Position numbers and translations under genes: made by a program. Of a stretch of DNA of 64,000 nucleotides, positions 48,366 through 59,195 are shown in pieces. The stretch is from NCBI GenBank assembly GCA_028282585.1, contig JANQHR010000149.1, positions 12,055-76,054 on the forward strand, given 5' to 3'. Each line of letters starts with the position of its first letter. Positions within the stretch are counted from its first letter, which is position 1. The notes below the pieces were generated by a model. The model ran no database searches and was not told the origin of the DNA. It saw nothing but the letters and a program-made list of their open reading frames with translations. This stretch comes from Bacteroidales bacterium (lineage in GTDB: Bacteria > Bacteroidota > Bacteroidia > Bacteroidales > UBA12077).

Positions 48366-50756
48366 ATGAAAACAATTAAATTATACTTATCCCAATTAAT
48401 TTTATTTATTATCATCACAACCAACGCTTTTGCGCAGCATACAGACGCTAATATTGTTGGGCACGTTACGGATAAAAATGGCGAACATATTCCATTTGCC
48501 ACGATTGTGCTTCAAAATACAACTGTTGGAACAGCCACAGACGAAACCGGTCATTACAGTTTAATTAATATGCCCATAGGAAAATTTGTTATTAGAGCAA
48601 CAGCAGTTGGTTACAAACCTCAAGAAAAAGAGGTAGAGCTAAAAGAAGATCTAACTATTGAAGTAAAATTTGAATTGGAAGAAGATATACTTGGCATTGA
48701 ACAGGTTGTTGTTACAGCTGACAGGAACGATAAAAGAAGAACCGAAGCTTCGGTAATTGTAAATACCATAACTCCAAGAATATTTTCAGTAGCGCAAACA
48801 GCAACAATCAGTGACGGATTAAATTTCTGTCCGGGGCTTAGAATGGAAAGTAATTGTCAGAATTGTGGTTTTTCCCAAGTAAGAATGAACGGAATGGAGG
48901 GCCCTTATTCACAAATTCTAATTAATAGTCGTCCAATCTTTAGTGGTTTAGCCGGTGTTTATGGGTTGGAACTTATCCCATCAAGTATGATTGAAAGAAT
49001 GGAAGTTATTCGTGGTGGAGGTTCTGCACTGTACGGAAGTAACGCGATTGCAGGAACAATAAATCTGATCTTAAAAGATCCGATAAACAACTCTTACGAA
49101 GCTGGTATAACCTCGGGTTATACAGGTATTGGTGTTGACGGTGGTGGCAACCCGGCTTTTGATTATAATGTTAATTTTAATACTTCGTTAGTTTCGTCAG
49201 ATAGTAAAACCGGTATGGCTTTATATGGTTATCATAGAAATCATGACGCATATGATGCAAACGATGATAGTTTTTCGGAAATTACCCAGAAAAATAATAT
49301 AACCGTTGGAACAAGAGTTTTTCATCGGTTTGGCCATCGTAATAAAATAGCACTCGATTTTTTTACTATTAACGAAGACCGCAGAGGCGGTGATAGTTTA
49401 GGTTTACCTGAACATCGGGCAAATATAGCAGAATCCTTAGGTCATAAAATAACGACAGGAGCTCTATCATTTGATCAATTTTTCAGAGAAAGCGACAAAT
49501 TATCATTATATACGTCCGGACAAAAAGTAAATCGCGATTCTTATTATGGTGCTGAGCAATCTTTAAAAGATTACGGTAAAACAGTCGGCTTTACGTATAT
49601 ATTTGGAGCTCAATACTCTGCTAATTTTTTAAATTCTAATTTAACAGGAGGTTTTGAATATAAGGGGGAAACATTAAAAGATGAAAAGCTAGGCTATATA
49701 GATTTGGAAAATGCTCAAATTATTAATGATAACTTAGTAGCTCCAAATGTTGGAAATAGTTTAGTGGCAGATCAAGATCTTTCAATATGGGGAGCTTTTG
49801 CTCAATATGAACGTGCTTTTAATAAATTAAGTGTTTCCGTTGGAGCCAGGTTTGATCATTATATGATTGAAGATAATGACCATAATTCAAAAAAAGAAGG
49901 AAATGTTTTAAGTCCCAGATTAACATTAAAATACGACATTCTCAATTCACTTCAGGCTCGTTTCAGCTATTCTCAAGGATACCGTGCACCACAAATCTTC
50001 GATGAAGACCTGCATATTGAAGCATCTGCTTACAGAACTGTCATCCATGAAAACGATCCTAACTTAAAGCAAGAAACCAGTCAGAGTTATATGGCATCAT
50101 TAGACTTTAATAAATTGATCGGAAACGTAAATCTTGGATTTTTAGCAGAAGGATTTTACACGAAATTAAATGATGCTTTTGCAAGTGCACCGGAGGATCA
50201 CCCAACTGAAGAAGGTGTAGTTATATATACAAGGGTAAATTCAGAAGATGGCGCTGTTGTTCAAGGAATAAATATGGAGCTAAACCTTGTTCCTGTCGGA
50301 ACAGAATTCTCATTAACCGGGGGATTTACAATCCAAAAAAGCGAATACGAGAACCCTCAGGAAGAATTTAATGAAAAAAGCTTTTTTAGAACACCTAATA
50401 ACTATGGTTATTTAACCCTGGATTGGGATTTATACAAAGGTTTTCGCTTTTCGGCAACCGGAAATTATACCGGAAGTATGTTAGTTCCGTATTACGGTAC
50501 TGAACTTCCTGCCGGAGATGTAAGAGATACTGGTGAATTAAGAGAATCAGATCCATTTTTTGATATTGGAACAAAGTTAAGCTATCAGTTTAAATTAAAT
50601 GGTGCCAGTATGCAAATGTTTGCTGGAATGAAAAATATATTTAATTCTTACCAGAACGATTTTGATGTTACAAAGGACAGAGATCCTGGTTATCTATATG
50701 GTCCGTCATTACCAAGAACAGTATATTTTGGAGTTAAAATAGGTAATCTTTTATAA
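48366..50756 (+). CDS. TonB-dependent receptor with CxxC in the plug domain
   Basis: CPGLRMESNCQNCGFSQVRMNG, GGGSALYGSNAIAG, YRAPQIFDEDLH. Confidence 0.92.
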   Translation: MKTIKLYLSQLILFIIITTNAFAQHTDANIVGHVTDKNGEHIPFATIVLQNTTVGTATDETGHYSLINMPIGKFVIRATAVGYKPQEKEVELKEDLTIEVKFELEEDILGIEQVVVTADRNDKRRTEASVIVNTITPRIFSVAQTATISDGLNFCPGLRMESNCQNCGFSQVRMNGMEGPYSQILINSRPIFSGLAGVYGLELIPSSMIERMEVIRGGGSALYGSNAIAGTINLILKDPINNSYEAGITSGYTGIGVDGGGNPAFDYNVNFNTSLVSSDSKTGMALYGYHRNHDAYDANDDSFSEITQKNNITVGTRVFHRFGHRNKIALDFFTINEDRRGGDSLGLPEHRANIAESLGHKITTGALSFDQFFRESDKLSLYTSGQKVNRDSYYGAEQSLKDYGKTVGFTYIFGAQYSANFLNSNLTGGFEYKGETLKDEKLGYIDLENAQIINDNLVAPNVGNSLVADQDLSIWGAFAQYERAFNKLSVSVGARFDHYMIEDNDHNSKKEGNVLSPRLTLKYDILNSLQARFSYSQGYRAPQIFDEDLHIEASAYRTVIHENDPNLKQETSQSYMASLDFNKLIGNVNLGFLAEGFYTKLNDAFASAPEDHPTEEGVVIYTRVNSEDGAVVQGINMELNLVPVGTEFSLTGGFTIQKSEYENPQEEFNEKSFFRTPNNYGYLTLDWDLYKGFRFSATGNYTGSMLVPYYGTELPAGDVRDTGELRESDPFFDIGTKLSYQFKLNGASMQMFAGMKNIFNSYQNDFDVTKDRDPGYLYGPSLPRTVYFGVKIGNLL

Positions 50757-50817
50757 AAATTAAATTACTCAAAAACATAGTTAATATTTAAATATTTTGA
50801 TCTTAAACTTAATGTGG

Positions 50818-50860
50818 AAAAGAGAGGCTTTCTAATAAAAATAGAAAGCCTCTCTTTTTT
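50818..50860 (+). terminator. Strong intrinsic terminator
   Basis: 17-bp perfect stem AAAAGAGAGGCTTTCTA/TAGAAAGCCTCTCTTTT plus T-run. Confidence 0.88.
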
Positions 50861-50919
50861 ATTTAAAATATCGCATTTTAGGTATTAAGTTGCTTAAATT
50901 CTTTTTTGATATTTGTAAA

Positions 50920-51021
50920 ATAAAAATTGAAGATGATGTTTTAGTTACCTCAAATGGATACGAAGTTCTTTCCAAGGAATTAACCAAAACTATTGAGGAA
51001 ATTGAAAAACTGATGGAATAA
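50920..51021 (+). pseudogene. Orphan C-terminus of Xaa-Pro aminopeptidase (M24B)
   Basis: IKIEDDVLVTSNGYEVLSKELTKTIEEIEKLME* matches the PepP-type ending; the rest of the gene is absent. Confidence 0.7.
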
Positions 51022-51030
51022 ATAAGTTAA

Positions 51031-51056
51031 TAAAGCCGCCAAATTTAGCGGCTTTA
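51031..51056. terminator. Bidirectional terminator
   Basis: TAAAGCCGC...GCGGCTTTA between convergent stop codons. Confidence 0.75.
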
Positions 51057-51072
51057 CTTACTTTATAGCCTA

Positions 51073-53952
51073 TTATTGTTTAATAAATCGCTTTGTAAAA
51101 GATCCGTTATTACTTTCAATTAATAAAATATAAATGCCACTTTTTAAATCAGCAATATTAATATTTTCTTCTTTTTCAAAGATTTGCATTTCTTTTACAA
51201 CTACACCAGATAATGCAATAAACTTTACTTTAACATTTTCATATGGTACCATTATGTTTAGCTCATTTTTAGCCGGATTTGGATAAAGCTTAATTTCTTC
51301 CTCTTCCATAAACAATTCTTTTACTGTTAAAGTCTTTGCTTTAACAGCTGGTTGAGCTAAAGCAGCGGTCCGGGTAGTTTTCCCTGTAATTCTTATATTA
51401 TCAATATAAACGTCATCTTTATTACCACTCGCATCACACATAAAGCGAACTTTCATTCCCGTTGGGAAATTATAGTCCAATTCATCAATTGAAACTGTTG
51501 TTGAGTAAAATACATCATTTTCAAAATCAATTGAACGAGCATAAGTTGCAACAGTATGCCAAGTCGATCCATCGTAATATTGTACCCAAAAATCTTCGCT
51601 CGAGTTATCCATACTATAAGCATAGTAATGAAATTCAACATCGATTTGAACAAATCCCGGATTATGGACATCAATTCCATTTGTTAGATAAAATGACGAT
51701 GCTACTCCCGAATTATCCTGAATTCCTGCAGAATTATTTCCTTCATAGGAATAAGTCCCGGAAGTATAAAGAAAACAATCTGCGCCTCCATCTGTCCAAA
51801 CTCCCCAGCCATCTTCAAAGGTCGAATATGCAAGTTCCACATCACCTCCCGGATTATCGGCTACAATGGTTGCAGTAGTTTGGGTGCTGTTTGTAGCATT
51901 ATCATTATCAGTAACTGTTAAACTAACATTGTAAACATTTGCTGTAGAATAGGTATGTGTTGGATTAGCCTGAGAACTTGTTGAACCATCCCCGAAATCC
52001 CACAAATAACTAATGATATTACCATCCGAATCGTTTGAACCACTGCTGCTAAATGAAACATCCACATTTTCGGTTCCATTATACGGGCCATTAATTACAG
52101 CTACCGGATCCTGATTTTGTGGCGGTAAACCTTCACTTATAATCACTGTGTAATCTTCAACTTCGCCGTAAGTAAAGGTCTCACATGGAGTTGCTGATCC
52201 ACCATATTTCATACTTATTCTCATGCGAGTAATTGTTTCTGCTGTTTCGGCCGGAATTGTTATTGTTCCGTTAACTGTTGAACTACTTGATGCGCTATAG
52301 ACATTCTCATTTAAATCGTCAAAATCGCCATCATGATTTAGATCAATCCACATTTCCCAATGTTCCGTATATGAAGATCCACTAAAACCTGGCGTTAAAG
52401 AAACATTATACTGATTTCCGGCAACTAAATTTGCCGACATGGCTGTAAAATCATAATATCCGTTATTAACTCCTGAAGCGTTAATTAAATCTCCCACTTC
52501 AATTCTATCAATCCATGCATAACTTGTTACATTTCCCTGAGATGCACAGTATGTTATATCGTCTAATAATGTTGTAAATGTTGCCGATGAAGAAAAATCA
52601 CTGCTTAATTCAGCGCAATTACCTCTAACCTGAAACTCATATGTAGTTCCTAAAGTAAGATTTGTTAAACTATATGTGTTTGTTGTTAGGTTTACTTCAT
52701 TCCATATACTTTCTGTAATTGACTTATATTTTAAATCGTATGATATTGCACCTGTAAAATTCCAGCTTAAATCAGCAGTTGTTGTTGTTAGGTTTGAAGA
52801 TGAAAGCCCTCCAGGCACGTAACACGTTGTTCCTCCATTTGGCGGATTTGCACCAGTACAACCGCTACATGAACCACCGGTATAATTAAATCCTGCATAT
52901 CCGCCTGTCGTATACCAATCTTCCCAATCGCCTCCTGAGGCAGTGTACCAATCCTTTAAATCAAAGCTTCCACTACCGGTTGTTTCTCCTTCTATATGAT
53001 ATGCTTTTACTGCCTCTCCATTATTATACCAAACCAGTTCAGATCCGGCTTGAATCGTTTCCGGACCAACTCCATTAGTTTGTAAAAAATATGCTGCGGC
53101 ACCATCACTTGCACCATTTCCATAAACAGTAGCTATTCCGTTACCATCTATACAAACATGAGTAGCCTCCTCGCAAATAATAGCATAGGATGGCAGTTGT
53201 CCACCGTTATCCGCATATACACGAGCTAAAAAGCCGAAAGCACGACTATAACGATTTTCTCCACTTAACACCCTATCAGCATGGGTTTCGGTAATAACAT
53301 TATTTAAATAAGGAACATTTAAAAAATCATCGTGAAAAATATCACTGGTATAAGAATGATAAGGATTGTCAAGAATTTGAGAACCCAATACAGCAGACCC
53401 GCTAGGTGCATAATAAGAGTCTCCCAGAATTGCCATTCCTGCACTTGTTCCGCTTACAGGAACTCCTTTAACATTTATGGCATGATTAATAGCATCCTCA
53501 ACTTTAGTATTTTTCCAGTTGTTTTCATAATTATCCTGATCACCACCTGCAAAAAATATTGCTTCTGCATCGAGAATAATTTGTTCAACTGCCGGATCAT
53601 TTGCCGCTTCAATATTGTTAATTGCTATTTCCGCAGCCGAACTTAATAGATGACTCCAGTTAGACCACGCCCAACTGGCTTGGCCTCCGGGACTTCCATA
53701 ACGAATAACCAAATAATCTCCACCATCGGCATGTTGCAGAAACCATTCAGTTGCGTTATCACCCCAACTGGCGCCTACTTCGGCTCCCCCAATTAACATA
53801 ATAGCTGAACTAGGGTTAGCGGTTGTTGAATTTACCGTCCCTCCTTTAACGGAGTAAATGTAATCTGATTGTGCATTAACAAAATTGGTCGAATAAAAAG
53901 AGAGAATAGCAGATGACAATAAACAGAAAAGGGTAATTTTTTTTGTTTTCAT
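51073..53952 (-). CDS. Secreted S51/cyanophycinase-like peptidase with FN3, GEVED, PKD and T9SS C-terminal domains
   Basis: LIGG, IFFAGGDQ, GTSAG; YEFQVR; YGEVEDY; WDFGDG; LYPNPA...GIY...KRFIKQ. Confidence 0.85.
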   Translation of the reverse strand: MKTKKITLFCLLSSAILSFYSTNFVNAQSDYIYSVKGGTVNSTTANPSSAIMLIGGAEVGASWGDNATEWFLQHADGGDYLVIRYGSPGGQASWAWSNWSHLLSSAAEIAINNIEAANDPAVEQIILDAEAIFFAGGDQDNYENNWKNTKVEDAINHAINVKGVPVSGTSAGMAILGDSYYAPSGSAVLGSQILDNPYHSYTSDIFHDDFLNVPYLNNVITETHADRVLSGENRYSRAFGFLARVYADNGGQLPSYAIICEEATHVCIDGNGIATVYGNGASDGAAAYFLQTNGVGPETIQAGSELVWYNNGEAVKAYHIEGETTGSGSFDLKDWYTASGGDWEDWYTTGGYAGFNYTGGSCSGCTGANPPNGGTTCYVPGGLSSSNLTTTTADLSWNFTGAISYDLKYKSITESIWNEVNLTTNTYSLTNLTLGTTYEFQVRGNCAELSSDFSSSATFTTLLDDITYCASQGNVTSYAWIDRIEVGDLINASGVNNGYYDFTAMSANLVAGNQYNVSLTPGFSGSSYTEHWEMWIDLNHDGDFDDLNENVYSASSSSTVNGTITIPAETAETITRMRISMKYGGSATPCETFTYGEVEDYTVIISEGLPPQNQDPVAVINGPYNGTENVDVSFSSSGSNDSDGNIISYLWDFGDGSTSSQANPTHTYSTANVYNVSLTVTDNDNATNSTQTTATIVADNPGGDVELAYSTFEDGWGVWTDGGADCFLYTSGTYSYEGNNSAGIQDNSGVASSFYLTNGIDVHNPGFVQIDVEFHYYAYSMDNSSEDFWVQYYDGSTWHTVATYARSIDFENDVFYSTTVSIDELDYNFPTGMKVRFMCDASGNKDDVYIDNIRITGKTTRTAALAQPAVKAKTLTVKELFMEEEEIKLYPNPAKNELNIMVPYENVKVKFIALSGVVVKEMQIFEKEENINIADLKSGIYILLIESNNGSFTKRFIKQ

Positions 53953-54192
53953 AGTGTAATGTTTAGGTTAAATAATATGGGGTGCTAATAATATTACTGG
54001 AATAAGTAACGCAACCATTAAACAAAAATCGCTATCCTTTTTTAATAAAATACATTATCTCAGATAGATAAACTATGATAGGCATTCCAAAACTATTTAG
54101 ATTTACTTTAAATTAAGGAATCCTTTTTTGAAAATACTTATTGGAAAAATGAATTCGCTTTTCCTTTTAGAAAAAATAACTTCCAACCTGTT

Positions 54193-54585
54193 TTATCCTT
54201 TAAAACCTAATTCAAAAGGCCCCTTCCCATAATTCTCTAAGGGAATATCAGGCTCCCACTCTATGGGAAAAACATCACTCTTTTCCAGTTCTGTTTTAGC
54301 ATAGAATTCTGTTTCTCCTAATTTATACCAGGCATCATCTATTTTTGTATATATAGAATCTTCAATCAGTAGTGGTTCGTTTGTTTTTTTTATGCGAAAA
54401 CTGGCTTGTAAATCCAATCCGTTAGCCAAATAAATAACTCCTGCACATTCGTACATTCTGCCATCTATAGGAATTGACTCGAATTTATACTTTTTTAAAG
54501 TACAAGGTCCAATTCGCATGTAAACTTCGTTTTTTTCGGCAAACTGAATTTTATATTTTTTTGTTTCAGATAATTTCAATGACAT
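54193..54585 (-). CDS. Hypothetical protein
   Basis: 130-aa ORF with plausible composition; no motif recognised. Confidence 0.55.
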   Translation of the reverse strand: MSLKLSETKKYKIQFAEKNEVYMRIGPCTLKKYKFESIPIDGRMYECAGVIYLANGLDLQASFRIKKTNEPLLIEDSIYTKIDDAWYKLGETEFYAKTELEKSDVFPIEWEPDIPLENYGKGPFELGFKG

Positions 54586-54751
54586 AATCTTCCATTTTAA
54601 ATCATAAGATAAATTTACATGCTAATCTATTATAAAGCATATTTTTGATAACTCAACATATCAGCAAAAAACTGTTTTAGATCAATGTTTTTATGATTGT
54701 CAACTAAAAAGAAGACCTCACATTTTACATGTTCTTATTTTTTATTAATAT

Positions 54752-55924
54752 TTAAAATAAGATACCTGTTCTTAACAAACCAACAAAAGCGTTAGATAAA
54801 CCTGAATTGGCTCCTGGATTTATGATATATTGTACTTCCGGTTGAATAAATATATTCTGATTGATTTTTGCTTTATACATAAGCTCAAAAACAGTTTCGA
54901 AGCTCTTACACGTTCCATTACTAATGTTAACTAAGTCTTTGCTTACAAACGCGTTTGCAATTGCCAAGCCAATAATATCATTTGTACGCTTCTTAAATGG
55001 CGAATACAGATTAAAGCCAACAGCCCAAAAAAGATTATTAAAGCATCTGTTTTTGGGTGATATGCCAAATTTTGCAAATGCATTCAAACTTCGCGAATAT
55101 TTTTTCCAAGATATTATGGATTGATCAGCAATTAAATAAAGACCATAATTGCCATTTATATTTTCTGTTGAATCAGCTATATCAATGAAATCTCCGCTAT
55201 GATAATATCCTCCTATTTTATATGTCGCTTTCTGCTCTTCATTCTTAACAATATTATATTGCATCTCTAAAATTGAAAAATAACCTTCTTCAGCACTCAA
55301 TGAAAAATCCATATTGTATTTATCCTGAGTCAAATCTAACGGATCACCGTCATACAACCCAAATAAAAATGACAAGTTATTTATTAGATTATATTGCAAT
55401 ATCATGCCTAATGCATTCTTAGGAAATATTGACACGGGCATATTTATTGAAACAGAAGGCATAATTCCAAATGAGCTATTCACGTATTCGCCGGCATACT
55501 CACTTACAAGAAATTCAGAGTTCATATCATGAACACCAATGATAAAAGAAAACCTATTAAATGATTGCTTAAACAAAAGCTGATACAGGTAGGTAAAATC
55601 TGAATTTTCAATATTTGATAGTATTTGAAAATCGCCAACAAAATCCGCAGATGGTGTTCCTCCATGCGTATTCCCTATTTGTATGTAGAATTCTCCATTT
55701 TTCCACAGGTCTGCACTTTCGGTTGAAAATGTAGCAGCTAAACCAATCATTCCTAAATAAGTTGAAGATTGATCGATCCCTCCCGAAATATTTCCAACAA
55801 AATCGCTGATATAAGAGGCTTCGTATTTTAGACCCGGAGTATTCTCCTGACAATAGCCTAAATGATTATAAAAAATTAATAATCCCCAAACAAAATTAAA
55901 TCTGTATACATGTTTTTTTTTCAT
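54752..55924 (-). CDS. OprB-family carbohydrate-selective porin
   Basis: GNISGG, VGDFQILSNIE, NSSFGIMP, ELMYK, IQPEVQYIINPG; likely start at 55924. Confidence 0.85.
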   Translation of the reverse strand: MKKKHVYRFNFVWGLLIFYNHLGYCQENTPGLKYEASYISDFVGNISGGIDQSSTYLGMIGLAATFSTESADLWKNGEFYIQIGNTHGGTPSADFVGDFQILSNIENSDFTYLYQLLFKQSFNRFSFIIGVHDMNSEFLVSEYAGEYVNSSFGIMPSVSINMPVSIFPKNALGMILQYNLINNLSFLFGLYDGDPLDLTQDKYNMDFSLSAEEGYFSILEMQYNIVKNEEQKATYKIGGYYHSGDFIDIADSTENINGNYGLYLIADQSIISWKKYSRSLNAFAKFGISPKNRCFNNLFWAVGFNLYSPFKKRTNDIIGLAIANAFVSKDLVNISNGTCKSFETVFELMYKAKINQNIFIQPEVQYIINPGANSGLSNAFVGLLRTGILF

Positions 55925-56438
55925 AGGTTTTATAAATAGTTCGGTATTTTTTATTTCTTTTATTTCGTCTTTCGTGCCATCTTTCAATTCAATATATTCA
56001 TAGAAAAGATTCTCTCAGTATTCTATCTTTTTAAAATAGTTATGATTAAATTGGATCGGTTCAAGCCTTGATTCAAAAGCTAAATTCGGCTTTTTTCTAA
56101 TGATCTTAACTCACAAAGATTAAAGGGGTTTGAGTAAAATTTAGCAGGAATTTTCATAATTATAAATTTTTATGTTTCAAGATATTTTCAAAACTCTGCA
56201 CCTTTGACACAACAAAAATTTATTTATTACACATTAAGAATTAAATTAGATGATACTAAGTAATACCAAATACTGAATTTCATATTCTGATTGTTATTTT
56301 TACAAAATCATACAAGAGGTTACAATTTAAACTATATAACAATTTTTACAGTCAAACAGAACAATTCAAAACAATCTAATTGCAAAAAGTACTTATCACG
56401 AAATAATATTTAATTCAATTACATTAATCTTTTTATTA

Positions 56439-58469
56439 ATGATTACACTATTTATTTCTGGTTATACAGAAAAACCAGGGCAAAAGCAAAAAACCAATCA
56501 AGCAGAAAACGGAGAAGAGTTTAAATATCAAGTGGATAGGTTTGGGGAAATTCGTATTATGCGTTTTCAAATTCCTGATTTTGAAAGTTTGGATTTGCGT
56601 CAAAAGAAACTTTTATATTATCTAAGCGAAGCTTCAAAATGCGGAAGGGATATCGTTTTTGATCAAAATTTCAAATACAATCTCCTGGTAAGAAAAACCC
56701 TTGATGCAATCGTTTCAACATACACTGGTGATAAATTTACTGAAGATTTTGAAAAATTCATGACTTATGCTAAAAAAGTATGGTTTTCTTCAGGTATTCA
56801 TCATCATTACTCAACCGATAAGCTCATACCTGAGTTTTCTGAAGAGTATTTTAAAGAGCTGGTTTTAAATGCAAACAGCAATAAACTTCCTTTAAAAGAA
56901 AATCAAACTGTAGATGAATTAGTTTCTGACCTAACACCAATCATGTTTGACCCTAATTTATACTCAAAAAAAGTTGCTTCTGAAAAAGGAACTGATATTA
57001 TCGCAAATTCAGCCACTAATTTTTATGAAGGTGTTTCTTTAGATGAAGTAAGCAAGTATTATAATAATCAGGTCGACAAAAATGATCCGACCCCAATTAG
57101 TTATGGCTTAAATACCAAGCTTATCAAAGAAAATGGTAAGCTTAAAGAGTTAGCTTATACAGTTAATGGCATGTATGGCGAGGCTATTAAAAAAATTATT
57201 GGCTGGTTAGAGAAAGCGATTACAGTTGCTGAAAATGAAAAACAGGCCAAAGAGTTCGAGTTACTTATTGAATACTATAAAACCGGAGATTTAGAAATCT
57301 GGGATGAGTACAATGTACTTTGGGCAAGCAATACTGATGTAAAAATCGATTATGTTAACGGATTCATTGAAGTATATGATGATCCGATGGGAATGAAAGC
57401 TACCTGGGAATCTGTTATAAATGTTAAAAACGAAAAAGCAACAAAGCTTACTGAAATTATTGGAAAACAAGCACAATGGTTCGAAGATCATTCTCCTGTT
57501 GATCCTAAATTTAAAAAGAGAAATGTAACTGGTGTAACGGCAAAAGTTATTGATGTTGTTCAATTAGGTGGAGCTTGTTATCCGACATCTCCTTTAGGAA
57601 TTAACCTGCCAAATGCCGACTGGATAAGAAAAGAACATGGTTCAAAATCTGTTACGCTTAAGAATATTGGTTTTGCATATGATCAAAGTGGAAAGTCGGG
57701 GTTCTTAAATGAATTTGTAGAGGATGAAGTAACAAGAGAAAGAATTAAAAAATACTCAGATATTACAGGAATGCTTCATACAGACCTTCATGAAGTTGTC
57801 GGACACGGAAGCGGGCAGTTACTACCAGGGACAAAATCAGGGGCTTTAAAAAGCTATCATTCTCCAATAGAAGAATCACGTGCAGATTTATTCGGTTTAT
57901 ATTATTTGCCGGATGCAAAACTTGTTGAACTTGGTTTACTTCCCGATCAGGAAGCGTATAAAGCACAATACGATTCTTATGTGCTAAATGGCTTAATGAA
58001 ACAATTAGCAAGAATTAAAGCAGGTAAGAATATTGAGCAGGCTCATATGCGTGGTCGTCAGATGATTTCAAAATGGGTTTATGAAAAAGGTAAAACCGAT
58101 AAGGTTATAGAAATCTATAAAAAGGAAGGAAATACTTACATCAGAATCAATGATTACGAAAAATTAAGAGTTCTTTTCGGAGAATTATTAGCAGAAGTTC
58201 AACGTATAAAATCTGAAGGTGATTATTCTGCCGGCGAAGCATTAATTGAAAATTATGGTGTACAGGTTAACCAAGATTTACATAAAGAAGTTTTAGAAAG
58301 ATTTGCTAAACTTGATCAGGCTGTCTTTGGTGGCTTTATGAACCCTGTGTTAGTTCCGGTAATTGAAAATGGTGAGATTACCAATGTTCATGTTGAATAT
58401 CCTGATAATTATACGGAACAAATGTTGAAGTATAGTGAAAGGTATTCGTTTTTACCAACTTATAACTAA
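56439..58469 (+). CDS. Dipeptidyl-peptidase III (M49)
   Basis: HEVVGHGSG, EESRADL, GINLPN, EQAHMR; exact start codon uncertain. Confidence 0.93.
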   Translation: MITLFISGYTEKPGQKQKTNQAENGEEFKYQVDRFGEIRIMRFQIPDFESLDLRQKKLLYYLSEASKCGRDIVFDQNFKYNLLVRKTLDAIVSTYTGDKFTEDFEKFMTYAKKVWFSSGIHHHYSTDKLIPEFSEEYFKELVLNANSNKLPLKENQTVDELVSDLTPIMFDPNLYSKKVASEKGTDIIANSATNFYEGVSLDEVSKYYNNQVDKNDPTPISYGLNTKLIKENGKLKELAYTVNGMYGEAIKKIIGWLEKAITVAENEKQAKEFELLIEYYKTGDLEIWDEYNVLWASNTDVKIDYVNGFIEVYDDPMGMKATWESVINVKNEKATKLTEIIGKQAQWFEDHSPVDPKFKKRNVTGVTAKVIDVVQLGGACYPTSPLGINLPNADWIRKEHGSKSVTLKNIGFAYDQSGKSGFLNEFVEDEVTRERIKKYSDITGMLHTDLHEVVGHGSGQLLPGTKSGALKSYHSPIEESRADLFGLYYLPDAKLVELGLLPDQEAYKAQYDSYVLNGLMKQLARIKAGKNIEQAHMRGRQMISKWVYEKGKTDKVIEIYKKEGNTYIRINDYEKLRVLFGELLAEVQRIKSEGDYSAGEALIENYGVQVNQDLHKEVLERFAKLDQAVFGGFMNPVLVPVIENGEITNVHVEYPDNYTEQMLKYSERYSFLPTYN

Positions 58470-58592
58470 AAGAAAAAGTGGTTAACTACGCCTTTTTTAT
58501 AATAAAATTAATACCATAAAACAATCTATGGTTAAGCCTGTTTAGTTATTATATGTATATTAGCACCATAATAGATCTAAAAACAATTTATT

Positions 58593-59126
58593 ATGAAACT
58601 TAAATTGATCTTATTTTTAGCTGTAAGTGTAATAACCTTTAACTCATATGGTCAAGGTTTTGAGGTTGGTGATGAAGCCCCGGAAATTGTTCAAAATTTA
58701 ATTAACGGAGAAGAGTTCAAACTTTCTGAATTAAGAGGAAAGGTAGTATTAATTGATTTTTGGGCTTCGTGGTGTAAACCATGTAGAAAAGAAAATCCAC
58801 ATATTGTAGAGGTCTACAAAAAATACAAAGATGAAAGTTTTAAGAATGGTGAAGGTTTTACGGTGTTGAGTGTTGCCTTAGATTTTAAAAAACCTGCCTG
58901 GGAAAAAGCTATCAATGATGATCAGCTTGAATGGCCCTATCATGTAAGTGATTTAAAAGGATGGAGAAATGAAGCTGCTTTGCAATATAAAGTAAAAAGC
59001 ATCCCGCAAAGTTATTTAATTGACGGAGATGGAATTATAGTTGGAATAAATTTACATGGAGATGAATTGGAATCAAAACTAAAAAAGCTTCGAAAAAAAA
59101 AGTCTTTTTTTTCTTCTAAGGATTAA
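58593..59126 (+). CDS. TlpA-like thiol:disulfide oxidoreductase
   Basis: VVLIDFWASWCKPCRKENP. Confidence 0.92.
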   Translation: MKLKLILFLAVSVITFNSYGQGFEVGDEAPEIVQNLINGEEFKLSELRGKVVLIDFWASWCKPCRKENPHIVEVYKKYKDESFKNGEGFTVLSVALDFKKPAWEKAINDDQLEWPYHVSDLKGWRNEAALQYKVKSIPQSYLIDGDGIIVGINLHGDELESKLKKLRKKKSFFSSKD

Positions 59127-59147
59127 AAAAAGAAAAGTAAAAATATA

Positions 59148-59175
59148 AAGGCCAGAATTTAGTTTTCCTGGCCTT
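59148..59175. terminator. Probable terminator between convergent genes
   Basis: AAGGCCAG...CTGGCCTT. Confidence 0.5.
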
Positions 59176-59195
59176 CATCTTTTCAATTTTTTATA

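Noticed and set aside
56340-56438. Open frame extending DPP III upstream without a standard start codon
   Set aside because: Could be a non-canonical start or decayed signal peptide; not resolvable from the sequence.
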